Below, piece by piece: positions 40,602-53,705 of a stretch of DNA of 64,000 nucleotides (the first letter of the stretch is position 1; the number at the start of each line of letters is the position of its first letter). Source of the stretch: an uncultured bacterium (lineage in GTDB: Bacteria > Krumholzibacteriota > Krumholzibacteriia > LZORAL124-64-63); contig CAVSZB010000003.1 in the NCBI GenBank assembly GCA_963732385.1, positions 1 to 64,000 on the forward strand, read 5' to 3'. A model generated the notes under the pieces. It had not been told where the DNA came from, searched no databases, and saw only the letters and a program-made list of their open reading frames with translations. A program made the translations under genes and the position numbers.

Positions 40602-41743
40602 ATGCGGCTGCTCGAAGCGGGGGTCGATGACTTTCGCAATCTTGCGGCGACGCGCCTTGTCTTCTCGCCCGGCGTAAACGTTTTCCTTGGCGCCAACGGG
40701 CAGGGAAAATCGAATCTCCTCGAGGCGCTTGACTATGTAGCCCTCGGCCGCTCCCACCGGGGTGCCCGCGACGAGGACCTGCTCCGCTTCGGCGCGGCGC
40801 GGGCGCGGATAAGCCTGACTCTCGAAGAGGATTCGGGTACCCGGCGGGAGTTCACCTGCGCCCTGGGGCGGGGGGGCGAGCGCCGGCTGCAGTTCGACGG
40901 GGTGGTTATCGAGCGCCGCGCCGATCTGGTCGGACAGGTCGCCACGGTCCTGTTCGATCCCGCCACCGTATCGCTGGCCACGAACGGTCCCGAGCCACGC
41001 CGCCGCTTCGCCGATCAGGCAATCTCCTCGCTCGATCGGTCCTATCTGGAGCAGTTGCAGGCCTACCACCGCGCTCTCCGTCAGAAAGGGAGCCTGTTGC
41101 GCGACCTGCGCCGCGGAGGCGCGCAGTCGGCATCGATCGCGCGGGAGGAACTCACGGCCTGGAACCGCGAACTGGCGCGACACGCGGCCCCGCTCTGCGC
41201 CGCCCGCGCGGTCTGGGTGCGTCGCCTCGAGCCCCTGGCGGCAACGGCCTACGCCGAGCTCGATCCATCAAGCGCGCCGCTGGCTTTCCGGTACCATCCC
41301 CGCCTTGCCGCCTGCCGTGGCGACGACGGAGGAAAGAGCGATTTGGCCCGGGAAATTCTGGCGGAAATTGACTATATTGGGGAGGATGAAATCCGGCGGG
41401 GGCGGCCGCTGGCCGGCCCGCATCTTGACGATTTTGAACTGCTCCTGGGCGGGGTCGGCCTGCGGGGCTTCGGCTCCCGCGGGGAAATGCGCAGCGCCGC
41501 GCTGGCACTCAAGCTCGCCCACGGAGAACATATTTTCCAGCAGAGGCATGTCCGTCCTATTCTCTTTTTCGACGATGTGTTCAGCGAGCTGGACAAGGGG
41601 CGCGCCCGCCGCCTTCAGGAGCGCTGCGCGGCCGATCACCAGTTGATGATCGCCACGGCCCGCGCGGACGACGTTACGGGATGGCGACCGAGCGGTCTGC
41701 GTACGTGGGAGATCAGCGCCGGACGCGTGGAGGCGGGAGAGGC

Positions 41744-41747
<4 letters not shown>
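40602..41747 (+). CDS. recF: DNA replication/repair protein RecF
   Basis: FRN, GANGQGKSNLLEA, GPHLDD, DDVFSELD. Confidence 0.96.
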
Positions 41748-44087
<2,340 letters not shown>

Positions 44088-44095
44088 GGCGCCCG

Positions 44096-46651
44096 ATGGT
44101 TGATACGCCCGGCAGGATCCTGAACGTCGATCTCGACGAAAAGATGCGGGAGTCCTATCTCGAGTACTCCATGAGCGTCATCGTTTCGCGCGCCCTGCCC
44201 GACGTGCGCGATGGTCTCAAGCCGGTGCACCGGCGCGTCCTGGTCGCCATGAACGACCTCGACCTGCAGCCGGGCAAGCCGTACCGCAAGTCAGCCAAGA
44301 TCACCGGCGATACCACCGGTAACTACCATCCGCACGGCACTATCGCCGTCTATGACACGATGGTCCGCATGGCGCAGGACTTCAGCCTGCGCTACCCGTT
44401 GGTGGACGGCCAGGGCAACTTCGGCTCCGTCGATGGCGACGCGGCGGCGGCCGAACGCTACACCGAGGCGCGCCTGACCCGGATCGCCACCGAGCTGATG
44501 CGCGATCTGGAGAAGGAAACCGTTGTCTACGTGCCGAACTACGACGGCTCGCGGCAGATGCCGGGGGTGTTGCCTTCGGCGGTGCCGAACCTGCTGATCA
44601 ACGGCGCCACCGGTATCGCGGTCGGCATGGCGACGAACATCCCGCCCCACAACATCGGCGAGATCTGCGACGGCCTGATGGCGCTGCTCGACGACCCCGA
44701 GCTGCCGCCGGTGGCGCTGCTGGCGCACGTTCAGGGGCCTGATTTCCCGACCGGCGGCATCATCCAGGGGCGCCAGGGGATCCACGACTACATCACGACC
44801 GGGCGCGGCCGTCTCGTGGTGCGCGCCCGCACGGAGATCGAGCTCGACGCCAAGGGACGCGCCACGATCCTGGTGACCGAACTGCCATATCAGGTGAACA
44901 AGGCGGCGCTGATCGAGCGCATGGCCGACCTGGTGCGCGACGGCCACCTCGAAGGCATCAGCGACCTTCGCGACGAATCGGACCGCGACGGCATGCGCGT
45001 CGTCATCCTCCTCAAGCGCGACGCCTTCCCGCAGGTGGTGTTGAACAAGCTGTTCGCACACACCCAGTTGCAGCAGACCTTCGGCGTCAACACCCTCGCC
45101 CTGGTTAACAACCGGCCGCGCGTGCTCAACCTCAAGGAGGCGATGGCGGAATACCTGCGCTTCCGCGAGGAAGTCGTGGTGCGTCGCACGCGCTACGACC
45201 TGCGCAAGGCCGAGGAGCGGGCGCATATTCTCGAAGGCTACCGGATCGCCATCGACAACATCGACGCGATCGTGGCGCTCATCCGGGAGAGCGAATCGCC
45301 GGCGGCGGCGAAGGAACAGCTGGTGGCGCGCTTTGCGCTCAGCGAGATCCAGGCCCAGGCCATTCTCGACCTGCGCCTTGGCCGCCTGACCGGCCTCGAG
45401 CGGCAGAAGATTGAACAGGAGTACCTCGAGCTGATCCAGTTGATCGCCGAACTGAAGGCGATATTGGCCAGCCGCGCCCGCGTGCTGCAGATCATCCGCG
45501 ACGAACTGCAGGAGATCCGAGAGACCTACGGCGACGCCAGGCGCACCGAGATCGTGGCCGACGAGGGCGATATCGCGCTGGAGGACCTGATCGCCGACGA
45601 GGACGTCATCGTCACGATCACGCACGGAGGCTATGCCAAGCGCACCCCGATGGCGGCCTACCGCCTGCAGCGGCGCGGCGGGCAGGGCGCGACCGCTATC
45701 AGCACCAAGGCCGAGGACTTCGTGGAGCACTGTTTCGTCGCCTCGACCCACCAGTATCTGCTCGCCCTTTCAGAGAAGGGGCAGTGCTATTGGCTGAAGG
45801 TGCACGAAATCCCGAGCGTGGCGCGCATCGCCAAGGGCAAGCCGCTCGTCAACCTGATCCAGATCGCGCCGGGGGATAAGGTCCACGCGGTCGTGCCGGT
45901 GCGCGCGTTCCGGCCCGACCACTACCTGATGCTCGCCACGAGTCGGGGCATCATCAAGAAGACGCCGCTCGAGGAGTTCAGCCGGCCGCGCCGCGCCGGT
46001 ATCCGCGCCATCACGCTCGAGGACGGGGAGCGCCTCGTCTCCGCCACAGAAACCGACGGCACGCGCGATGTCGTCCTGGCCACGAGCGCCGGCATGGCGA
46101 TCCGCTTCAACGAGCAGGAGATCCGCCCGATGGGCCGCTCCGCGCGCGGCGTGCGCGGGATCCAGGTCGCGGCGGCGGACGAGGTGATCGGCATGGTCAT
46201 CGTCCACGCCGGCAGCACCCTGCTCACGATCGCCGAGAACGGCTTCGGCAAGCGCAGCCCGCTGGAAGACTACCGCCTGCAACATCGCGGCGGACGCGGC
46301 CTGATCACCATCAAGACCAGCGAGCGCAACGGTCGCCTGGTGGAGATCAAGGAAGTGGCCGACGACGAAGAACTGATCGTGATCACGCGGGCCGGCATCA
46401 GCATCCGCCTGGCGGTCGGAGACATCTCCACGATCGGGCGCAACACGCAGGGGGTGCGCATCATCTCTCTTGGCGAGGGGGACCTCGTCGGCGGGGTGGC
46501 CAAACTCGCCGGCAACGGTCCGCCGCGCGACGGGGTGGACGAGGCGGCCGCCAGAGCGGTACAGGCTGACGGATCCGCCGATGAGGTCGGAGACGCCGAA
46601 GGCGGCCCCGACCCGGCAGAGGAGCCCGGTCCGGCCCCGACCGTCCCCTGA
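44096..46651 (+). CDS. gyrA: DNA gyrase subunit A
   Basis: RALPDVRDGLKPVHRR, RYTEARL, GyrA-box QRRGGQG, C-terminal pinwheel. Confidence 0.99.
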   Translation: MVDTPGRILNVDLDEKMRESYLEYSMSVIVSRALPDVRDGLKPVHRRVLVAMNDLDLQPGKPYRKSAKITGDTTGNYHPHGTIAVYDTMVRMAQDFSLRYPLVDGQGNFGSVDGDAAAAERYTEARLTRIATELMRDLEKETVVYVPNYDGSRQMPGVLPSAVPNLLINGATGIAVGMATNIPPHNIGEICDGLMALLDDPELPPVALLAHVQGPDFPTGGIIQGRQGIHDYITTGRGRLVVRARTEIELDAKGRATILVTELPYQVNKAALIERMADLVRDGHLEGISDLRDESDRDGMRVVILLKRDAFPQVVLNKLFAHTQLQQTFGVNTLALVNNRPRVLNLKEAMAEYLRFREEVVVRRTRYDLRKAEERAHILEGYRIAIDNIDAIVALIRESESPAAAKEQLVARFALSEIQAQAILDLRLGRLTGLERQKIEQEYLELIQLIAELKAILASRARVLQIIRDELQEIRETYGDARRTEIVADEGDIALEDLIADEDVIVTITHGGYAKRTPMAAYRLQRRGGQGATAISTKAEDFVEHCFVASTHQYLLALSEKGQCYWLKVHEIPSVARIAKGKPLVNLIQIAPGDKVHAVVPVRAFRPDHYLMLATSRGIIKKTPLEEFSRPRRAGIRAITLEDGERLVSATETDGTRDVVLATSAGMAIRFNEQEIRPMGRSARGVRGIQVAAADEVIGMVIVHAGSTLLTIAENGFGKRSPLEDYRLQHRGGRGLITIKTSERNGRLVEIKEVADDEELIVITRAGISIRLAVGDISTIGRNTQGVRIISLGEGDLVGGVAKLAGNGPPRDGVDEAAARAVQADGSADEVGDAEGGPDPAEEPGPAPTVP

Positions 46652-46996
46652 GGCGACCGTGAAGCACGACGCGCCCCCCATGCCGATCGCGGGGGTCGCG
46701 CTCTTTCCAGGTCGTCCCCGCCGGTGAATCGCGCCGTCCGTACGGCAACGCATCGGAAGCCAAACAGCCACGGGCAGTTGAGGGATTTCCGGCTTTTTTG
46801 CCACGAATGTGGCGCGCGGGTCATAAAAGTGTTCCGAAACGGGGACCGGGATTCTTGGCGAGTATCATTTTCCTCGTAGACAAGCCGACACAAAACAGCG
46901 TATTATGGTAAAAGTTCAGACTCAGATATATTTTTATAGGAAGAATGACACCATAGAATCACAACCCGGACACCACTCGTCTCGGGGGGATAGCAC

Positions 46997-47890
46997 GTGG
47001 AAGAACGCTTGGAAAGGATCGAAGAGGCTTGGAGTACGTTCATCATCGAGTTTCCGGCCTGTCCGCGCGTGGCGGTCGGGGGCGGGGATGACTACCAGAA
47101 AATCCTGTTCCTCTGCTCCGCCTCTGAGCGCAATCCGGCCGAACTGTGCTTTGCTCTTTTCGGCCCGAAGATCCTGCTGCGCCAGTGTCAGCGGGATGAG
47201 GACTGGGCTGATGTGCCGGGGACCCGCCTGATCTTCGTCTATGCCGCGGAGACGCCGCCGGCGTTGCGTCAGATTTTGGCGCACTATCAGGCCCGGCTGA
47301 ACACGCCGGTACTCGTGGCTCAGAAGTCCAACCTGCACAAGACCGCCCAGCACGTCATCGAGTTCCTCTCGAAGTCCTCTGCCCCGGAGGAGGCCGCCGC
47401 GACGGCGCACGACGCGGAAGCGACGGAATCGGGCGAACCGGAGGGGGGCCTCGTGCCACGGCCGGGGGGGGAGAAACTCTGGGTCGGTCCGCTGCCGGAA
47501 ATCGAGTTGCAGGACGAGTCGGGGCGCCGGACCGGCGCGTCCGCTGCGATCCAGGACTATCGCGCCGAGTACGCCTGCCGCTTCGTGCTGGCGCACTACC
47601 GGGAGGACATCAACCGCGATCGCATGGCCGAAGCGGTGCATCTCTCGCCTGGTTACTTCTCGAATCTGTTCCGGTCGGAAGTGAAAATGAGCTTCAGCGA
47701 CTATCTCATCCAGGTGCGGATCGAGAACGCCAAGCGCCTGCTCCGTCGGTTCGACCTGTCAGTGGAGGCGATCTCGAAGGAGTGCGGATTCCACAGTTTG
47801 GCGCACTTTTCGCGCACCTTCAAGGACCGCTGCGGCCTTGCGCCGCTGAAGTACCGCAAGAATCCGGTGCCGCCATCTACGGTGGCGTGA
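46997..47890 (+). CDS. AraC-family transcriptional regulator
   Basis: C-terminal MAEAVHLSPGYFS..F...RIENAKRLL...CGF.SLAHFSR.FK...G..P..YR. Confidence 0.9.
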   Translation: MEERLERIEEAWSTFIIEFPACPRVAVGGGDDYQKILFLCSASERNPAELCFALFGPKILLRQCQRDEDWADVPGTRLIFVYAAETPPALRQILAHYQARLNTPVLVAQKSNLHKTAQHVIEFLSKSSAPEEAAATAHDAEATESGEPEGGLVPRPGGEKLWVGPLPEIELQDESGRRTGASAAIQDYRAEYACRFVLAHYREDINRDRMAEAVHLSPGYFSNLFRSEVKMSFSDYLIQVRIENAKRLLRRFDLSVEAISKECGFHSLAHFSRTFKDRCGLAPLKYRKNPVPPSTVA

Positions 47891-47968
47891 CCTCCCCGCG
47901 ATACGGCCTGACAGCGGGCGCCCATCTCCGGAGGGCGCCCGCGCCCGTTCCGGTTGATGCGGCCCCGG

Positions 47969-48925
47969 TCAGCGCACCGCCGCCCCCCGCGCCGCCATGC
48001 GTACCACATAGAGCAGCCAGAGCCCGGGGAACAGATCCGGCCGGCGTCGACGCAGCGCCACCTGGAGCGCCGGGCCGACGCTGGGCAGGAGCGCGGCGGC
48101 CGCTACCAGCGCCAGCTCGAGATCCATGGGACGGGCGGCCAAAGCGTGCCGCAGCCCGCTGGCGAGCAGCGCAAAGGTGGCCAGCAGACCGTAGAGAGGC
48201 ATGAGGACGTGCGCGGTGTCGGCGGAGACCAGCCCGAGCCTCAGGCCGTCACTGAGCGACGCCTCGCCGAGGCGGCGCTGGGCGCGGTAGAAGTCGCGCA
48301 AGCGGCGACCGGTGCCCAGGCGCACGCCGTCGGCGCGCGTGAGAGCTACGAGGCGACGGCGGGCAGAACCGGGCCCGGTGATGCGCCGCAGAAGCTCCGT
48401 CACCGCGACGGCGCCGTAGCCCTCGGGGAGGCCGCCGGCCGCCAGGAACTCGAATCGACGCACCGCCAGAAGCCGGATATCGAGGCGACGCGCCGTCGCG
48501 TCGGACGGACGGGCGAGGCAGCGCTGCGCCCAGGCGCGCTGGACCCACGAGGCGTCCGGACCGGAGGGGGGCGCCGGACGCACGCCGACAGCCGCCACCT
48601 GGGCCAGCTCCAGATGGTGCAGTGAGGCGCGTATCCAGTCGCGCGGCGGTGCGCAGAGAGGGTCGAGGAAGAAGAGGGTGAGGGCGTCGGTCTGACCGGC
48701 GGCGAAGTTGCGCCGGAATTCGGCGTCGGTTCCGCCGCGCACGAACAGCCGCGCGTTGTGCTCCCGGGCGAGGCCAAGAGTGTCGTCGACGCTGCCACCA
48801 TCGACGATAATCAGGTCCAAATCTTCCCGGGGCCAGTCCAGTTCGGTCACTGCGCGCAGCGCTGCGCCGAGGGTGTCAGCGTTGTCGAGAGTGGGCACGA
48901 TGACCGCTACCGACGGCGTTGACAT
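47969..48925 (-). CDS. Glycosyltransferase family 2-like membrane protein
   Basis: SVAVIVPT, IIVDGGSVDDT, RN; C-terminal TM segments. Confidence 0.75.
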   Translation of the reverse strand: MSTPSVAVIVPTLDNADTLGAALRAVTELDWPREDLDLIIVDGGSVDDTLGLAREHNARLFVRGGTDAEFRRNFAAGQTDALTLFFLDPLCAPPRDWIRASLHHLELAQVAAVGVRPAPPSGPDASWVQRAWAQRCLARPSDATARRLDIRLLAVRRFEFLAAGGLPEGYGAVAVTELLRRITGPGSARRRLVALTRADGVRLGTGRRLRDFYRAQRRLGEASLSDGLRLGLVSADTAHVLMPLYGLLATFALLASGLRHALAARPMDLELALVAAAALLPSVGPALQVALRRRRPDLFPGLWLLYVVRMAARGAAVR

Positions 48926-49106
48926 GGACTAACCTCCTTTCTGATAATAAATTGTGGATCGGGCGGCCGACCTGCCGGCGGGTCGGCGCCGCCGGCGACG
49001 AACGGGAAGCCGGACACGGATCCCGGAATCTTCCGGCTAGCCAGCAAGTTTGGCACCAGCCCGCGCCCGGGATCGCCCGCGGCGGCGGCGCGGAACGGCA
49101 CGGCGC

Positions 49107-51086
49107 ATGTCGATCGTCTCCCTGCAGAACGCCAGTTTTGATTTCGGGCGCGAAAAAATCCTGCACGAGTCGAGCCTCACCATCTTTGCCGGGGTGAAGA
49201 GCGCTCTGGTGGGCGACAACGGCGCGGGCAAGTCGACCCTGTTTTCCCTCCTCGCCGGGGATCTGCCGCTGCACGGCGGCACACGTCAGGTCGCCACGCG
49301 GGCGGTCATCCGCCTGTTGCGCCAGGAGACGACGGTCGATTCGGGGCCGGCGGGCGGGGGGGCCCTGTACGACAGTGTGCTCGGCGCGGCGTTCGCTCCC
49401 GAGCTGGCGCTAGAAGACGAGTTGGCACAGGTGGCGAAGGTGCTCGAAGAGGCGCCCCCTGACGCGTGGGAGGAGTTGGCGCGGCGCCAGGGACGTCTGC
49501 AGGCGGAGTACGAACGGCTGGCCGGCTACAGTTGCCGCGCCCGTCTCGAAAGCGCCCTGCACGGGCTCGGCCTGCCGCCCGACCTCTGGTCGCGATCGCT
49601 CGGCACGCTGTCTGGCGGTGAGCGGCGGCGCGCGGCGCTGGCGTCGGTCCTGCTGGCTGGCGGCGACCTGCTGCTGTTGGACGAACCGACCAACCACCTC
49701 GATCTCGATGCCTGCGAATGGCTGGAGGAGTTCCTGCTGCGCCTGCCGTGCGCGATGATCCTCGTCTCTCACGACCGGTTCTTCCTGGATCGCATCGCCA
49801 CCCAGACCCTGCATCTCTCCCGCGGACGCCTCACCACCTACACGGGTAACTACACGTTCTTCACGCGGGCGCGCGGCGAGCAGGAGCGGCAGGCGCTGAC
49901 GGCGTGGTCGCGGCAGCAGGAGCGTATCAAGGGCACGGAAGATTTCATCCGTCGGAATCTCGCCGGACAGAAGACGAAGCAGGCCCAGTCGCGCCGCAAG
50001 CTGCTCGCGCGCGAGGAGCGGCTCGAACGACCGCCTGGCGAGGAGAGTGGGTTCACCATGCGGCTCGTGCCGCGGCGCGAGAGCGGCGGCATGACGTTTG
50101 AAACGGAGGACTTGTCGCGCGGATTCGACGGGCGGCCGCTCTGGACCGGACTCGACCTCCTGGTGGCCCGGGGCGAACGTCTCGGCATCGTCGGCCCCAA
50201 CGGTTGCGGCAAGAGCACGCTGCTGCGCCTGCTGGCGGGTCTCGACCTCCCGGACCGTGGCGGGGTGAAGATCGGCCACCACGTTGATCTCGGCTACTAC
50301 GACCAGCACTTGCGAACGGTCTCCGACGCCCGGACCGTGCTCGAGGAAATGTCTCACGCCGCCCCGGCCGCAACGGTCGGCGAGTTGCGCAGCTTCCTGG
50401 CCGCCTTCGGCTTCGGCCCCGACGCCTTCGATCGCCCCGTCGGCGCGCTTTCCGGCGGCGAACGGGGGCGGCTGGCGCTGATGCGACTGATCAAGGAGGG
50501 GCACAACACGCTGCTGCTCGACGAGCCGACCAACCATCTCGATGTGAACGCCTGCGAGGCGCTCGAAGAAGCGCTCGCGGGCTTCGCGGGGACGCTGATC
50601 GTGGTGAGCCACGACCGACGCTTCCTCGACCGCGTGGCGCAGCGCCTGGCGGTCTTCGCGCCCGACCCGACCGGGGCTGCGGGCAGTCGCGTGGAGCTGT
50701 TCTCCGGCAATTACGCTCAGTGGCGCGAACGTCAGGCGGCGCTGGCCGTCCTCGCCCCCGGTTCCGTCCGCGCCAGGGGCGGTGGCGAGCGGGGCGGGGG
50801 GGGGGCGCCGGTCGACGCATCCGGAGTGCCTGGCGCGACGGAAGCGCCGCTGAGCAAGAACGAGCGGACGCGCCGTCTGCGCTGGATCGCGGAGGCGGAG
50901 GCGGAGATCAGCCGGCTTGAGCGGCGGCGCGACGAGGTGATGGCGGAGCTGGCGCAGCCAAGGCTCACGCCGGCGCGTGTCCGCGAATTGAGCGAAAGCC
51001 TGGCCGAGACTGAAGACGCGCTTGCCGAGCGGCTGGCTCAGTGGGAACAATGGGGCCGAGAAATCGAGGGAGCAACGGATGGCTGA
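49107..51086 (+). CDS. ABC-F family ATPase
   Basis: Two NBDs (GDNGAGKST, GPNGCGKST, LSGGE, DEPTNHLD), no TM, C-terminal coiled coil. Confidence 0.95.
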   Translation: MSIVSLQNASFDFGREKILHESSLTIFAGVKSALVGDNGAGKSTLFSLLAGDLPLHGGTRQVATRAVIRLLRQETTVDSGPAGGGALYDSVLGAAFAPELALEDELAQVAKVLEEAPPDAWEELARRQGRLQAEYERLAGYSCRARLESALHGLGLPPDLWSRSLGTLSGGERRRAALASVLLAGGDLLLLDEPTNHLDLDACEWLEEFLLRLPCAMILVSHDRFFLDRIATQTLHLSRGRLTTYTGNYTFFTRARGEQERQALTAWSRQQERIKGTEDFIRRNLAGQKTKQAQSRRKLLAREERLERPPGEESGFTMRLVPRRESGGMTFETEDLSRGFDGRPLWTGLDLLVARGERLGIVGPNGCGKSTLLRLLAGLDLPDRGGVKIGHHVDLGYYDQHLRTVSDARTVLEEMSHAAPAATVGELRSFLAAFGFGPDAFDRPVGALSGGERGRLALMRLIKEGHNTLLLDEPTNHLDVNACEALEEALAGFAGTLIVVSHDRRFLDRVAQRLAVFAPDPTGAAGSRVELFSGNYAQWRERQAALAVLAPGSVRARGGGERGGGGAPVDASGVPGATEAPLSKNERTRRLRWIAEAEAEISRLERRRDEVMAELAQPRLTPARVRELSESLAETEDALAERLAQWEQWGREIEGATDG

Positions 51087-52389
51087 GTCCAGGAAATCGC
51101 ATGACACAAGCACGGCCGCGGCGGTGGAGCGGGTCATCCTGGTCGGGGTCCACCTGCCGCTGCGCTTCGGCGAGGAGATTGGCGGCCCGCCCGACACGGC
51201 GGAGCTGGCGCGACTCGTGGAAACCGCCGGCGGCGTGGTGTGCGGCGAGATCCTGCAGAAGCGCGACCGGCCCGAGCCGTCCACCTTCCTGGGCAAAGGG
51301 AAGCTGGCCGAACTCAAGACCCTGATCGAGGAGCGCAACGCCAGCCTGGTCGTCTTCGACAACGATCTGGCGCCGGCGCAGGGACGCAACCTCGAGAAGG
51401 AGCTCGGCGCCCGCGTGCTGGACCGCACCGAGCTGATCCTCGACATTTTCGCACGCCGCGCCCGCACGAGCGAGGCGCGGCTGCAGGTCGAGCTGGCCCA
51501 GTTGCAGTACATGCTGCCGCGGCTGACCCGACTCTGGTCGCACCTGGAGCGGCAGGCGGGCGGCATCGGCACGCGCGGCCCCGGCGAAACGCAGCTCGAA
51601 ACCGACCGCCGCCTGATCGGGCGCCGCATCGCGCAGCTCAAGCGGGAGCTGGCCGAGGTGGCCAGCGATCATCGCCAGCAGCGCCGTCGCCGGCAGGGGG
51701 AGTTCACGGTGGCGCTCGTCGGCTACACGAATGCCGGCAAGTCGACGCTCATGAACGCCCTGACTCAGGCAGGAGTCTTCGTGGAGGATCGCCTGTTCGC
51801 CACCCTTGACGCCACCACGCGACGCGTGGACGTGGACGAGCGCCGCCGCTTCCTGCTCACCGACACGGTGGGGTTCATCCGGCGCCTGCCTCACCACCTC
51901 GTGGAGTCGTTCCAGGCGACCCTGCAGGAGGTGCGCGACGCCGATCTGCTGCTGCATGTCGTGGAGGCGTCGAGCCCCAGCCCGGAACGGCAGATCGAGT
52001 CGGTGAATCGCGTGCTGGCCGGACTCGTTCCCGAGGATCGCGCGGTCCAGCTCGTCTTCAACAAGATCGATCTCGCGCCCGACGAGGCGCTGCGCAACCG
52101 GTTCGCGCGGCTGCATCCCGAAGCGCTGTTCGTGTCGGCCCTGGCGCCAGAAGGGGCCGACGCAGTGCGGGAGTCGATCGTGCGGCGTCTCCTGGCGAGG
52201 GAAAAAGTCTACCGGTTGACGATCCCGGCCTCGCGCTCCGACCTGATCGCCGTGTTCCACCGCACCGGCGCCGTACTGGAGCAGATCTGGGAAGGGGATA
52301 GCTGCCAGGTGGTTGTGCGGATGCGCGAGGAGGAGCACCGGCGCCTGCTGGCGCGCCATCCGTTGTTGCGTGGAAAGGGCGCGGCATGA
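51079..52389 (+). CDS. hflX: Ribosome-splitting GTPase HflX
   Basis: GPGETQLETDRR, GYTNAGKSTL, LFATLD, DTVGFI, NKID. Confidence 0.97.
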   Translation: MAESRKSHDTSTAAAVERVILVGVHLPLRFGEEIGGPPDTAELARLVETAGGVVCGEILQKRDRPEPSTFLGKGKLAELKTLIEERNASLVVFDNDLAPAQGRNLEKELGARVLDRTELILDIFARRARTSEARLQVELAQLQYMLPRLTRLWSHLERQAGGIGTRGPGETQLETDRRLIGRRIAQLKRELAEVASDHRQQRRRRQGEFTVALVGYTNAGKSTLMNALTQAGVFVEDRLFATLDATTRRVDVDERRRFLLTDTVGFIRRLPHHLVESFQATLQEVRDADLLLHVVEASSPSPERQIESVNRVLAGLVPEDRAVQLVFNKIDLAPDEALRNRFARLHPEALFVSALAPEGADAVRESIVRRLLAREKVYRLTIPASRSDLIAVFHRTGAVLEQIWEGDSCQVVVRMREEEHRRLLARHPLLRGKGAA

Positions 52390-53705
52390 CCGACCTGCGC
52401 GAGCTGCTGCGCAACCGCTCTTTCCTGGCCGTCTGGAGCGCCTCCCTCGTATCCGGTCTCGGTGACAAGATCGCCATCATTGCGCTCTACCTGCAGGTGT
52501 ACCGCATCTCCGGCCGCGCGGTCGATCTGGGCGTGCTGGCGGCGGTGCAGATCGTGCCGGCGATTCTCCTGGGTCCGGTGGTGGGGCTGTTGCTCGACCG
52601 GCGCGATCGTCGCACCGCGATGATCTGGTGCGATCTTGGCAGTGCCGTGGTGGCCGGGGCCCTTGCCTGGGCGCATGATCTGCCGGCGGTCTACGCTTTG
52701 GCGGCGTTGTTGTCGGCCGGGCGCCAGATCGCCGGGCCGGCGCGTTTGGCGCTGCTGCCGGACATCGTGCCGGCGGCGCAACTCAACCGGGCCAACGCCC
52801 TGACCATGGTGACGCAGAACCTGGTGCTGCTGGTCGGCCCCGCGATCGGCGGCGGGCTGGTGGCGCTGTCGGGCACTGCCGCGGCGTTCGGGGTCAACGC
52901 GGTGTCGTTTGTCGCCTCGGCGGCGCTGCTGGGTGCGCGTGGATTTGTCTACCTCGAGGAGGCGCTCACGCGCCGCGCCGGCAGAGCCATGGGCGCGGTG
53001 GCCGCCGCGTCGAGCCGGGCGCGCCTGGCCGCGGCCGGAGCCGACATCCGCGAAACAGCGTGCTGGCTCTGGCGGCAGCCGCGGCTGCGCTTCGCTTTCC
53101 TGTTCCTGGCCGGCATGGCCTTCGTGACCGCCATGCAGCAGCCGCTGGTGATCGTGTTCGTCAAGAGCGTGTTGCGGCGCGGCGACGTCGATCTGGGCCT
53201 CGTGCTGTCGGCGGCGGGCCTGGGCGGGCTCGTGGGGGCGCTCGCCGCCGGCCTGCTCTCACGCGGACGGCAGACGCTGCGCAATGTCACCTGGCTCGTG
53301 GCGATCGATGGCCTGGCGCTGATCCTGTTCGCGGTGAACCGCAGTTTTGCCGGCGCGCTGCTGCTCTTCGGCCTGTTCGGCGCGCTTGGCGCCGCCGCGC
53401 AGATCAACCTGGCCACGTTTTTGCAGAAGGAAACCCCGGAAGACCGCCGCGGCCGGGTGTTCGGGTGGCTCAGCCCGCTGATGGGGCCCCTCTCGCTGCT
53501 TTCGGTATTCTGCGGGCCGCTGGCCGCCGACGCCCTCGGGGTCGTGGCGGTGCTCGCGGTTTCCGGGCTGTTCGAGCTGATCCTCGGCCTGGCCGGCCGC
53601 GCGTTCCTGCCGGTCCGCCTGACGGCGCAGGATGCAACCCCCTCGGCAGAATCGGCCCCGCAGGCGGGCGAACTGCAAGCTCCCGGGACGCCGGGCACCT
53701 TATAA
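52386..53705 (+). CDS. MFS transporter (MFS_3/DHA3-like)
   Basis: G.LLDRRDRR..MI..DL, about 12 TM, RGRVFG. Confidence 0.92.
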   Translation: MTDLRELLRNRSFLAVWSASLVSGLGDKIAIIALYLQVYRISGRAVDLGVLAAVQIVPAILLGPVVGLLLDRRDRRTAMIWCDLGSAVVAGALAWAHDLPAVYALAALLSAGRQIAGPARLALLPDIVPAAQLNRANALTMVTQNLVLLVGPAIGGGLVALSGTAAAFGVNAVSFVASAALLGARGFVYLEEALTRRAGRAMGAVAAASSRARLAAAGADIRETACWLWRQPRLRFAFLFLAGMAFVTAMQQPLVIVFVKSVLRRGDVDLGLVLSAAGLGGLVGALAAGLLSRGRQTLRNVTWLVAIDGLALILFAVNRSFAGALLLFGLFGALGAAAQINLATFLQKETPEDRRGRVFGWLSPLMGPLSLLSVFCGPLAADALGVVAVLAVSGLFELILGLAGRAFLPVRLTAQDATPSAESAPQAGELQAPGTPGTL

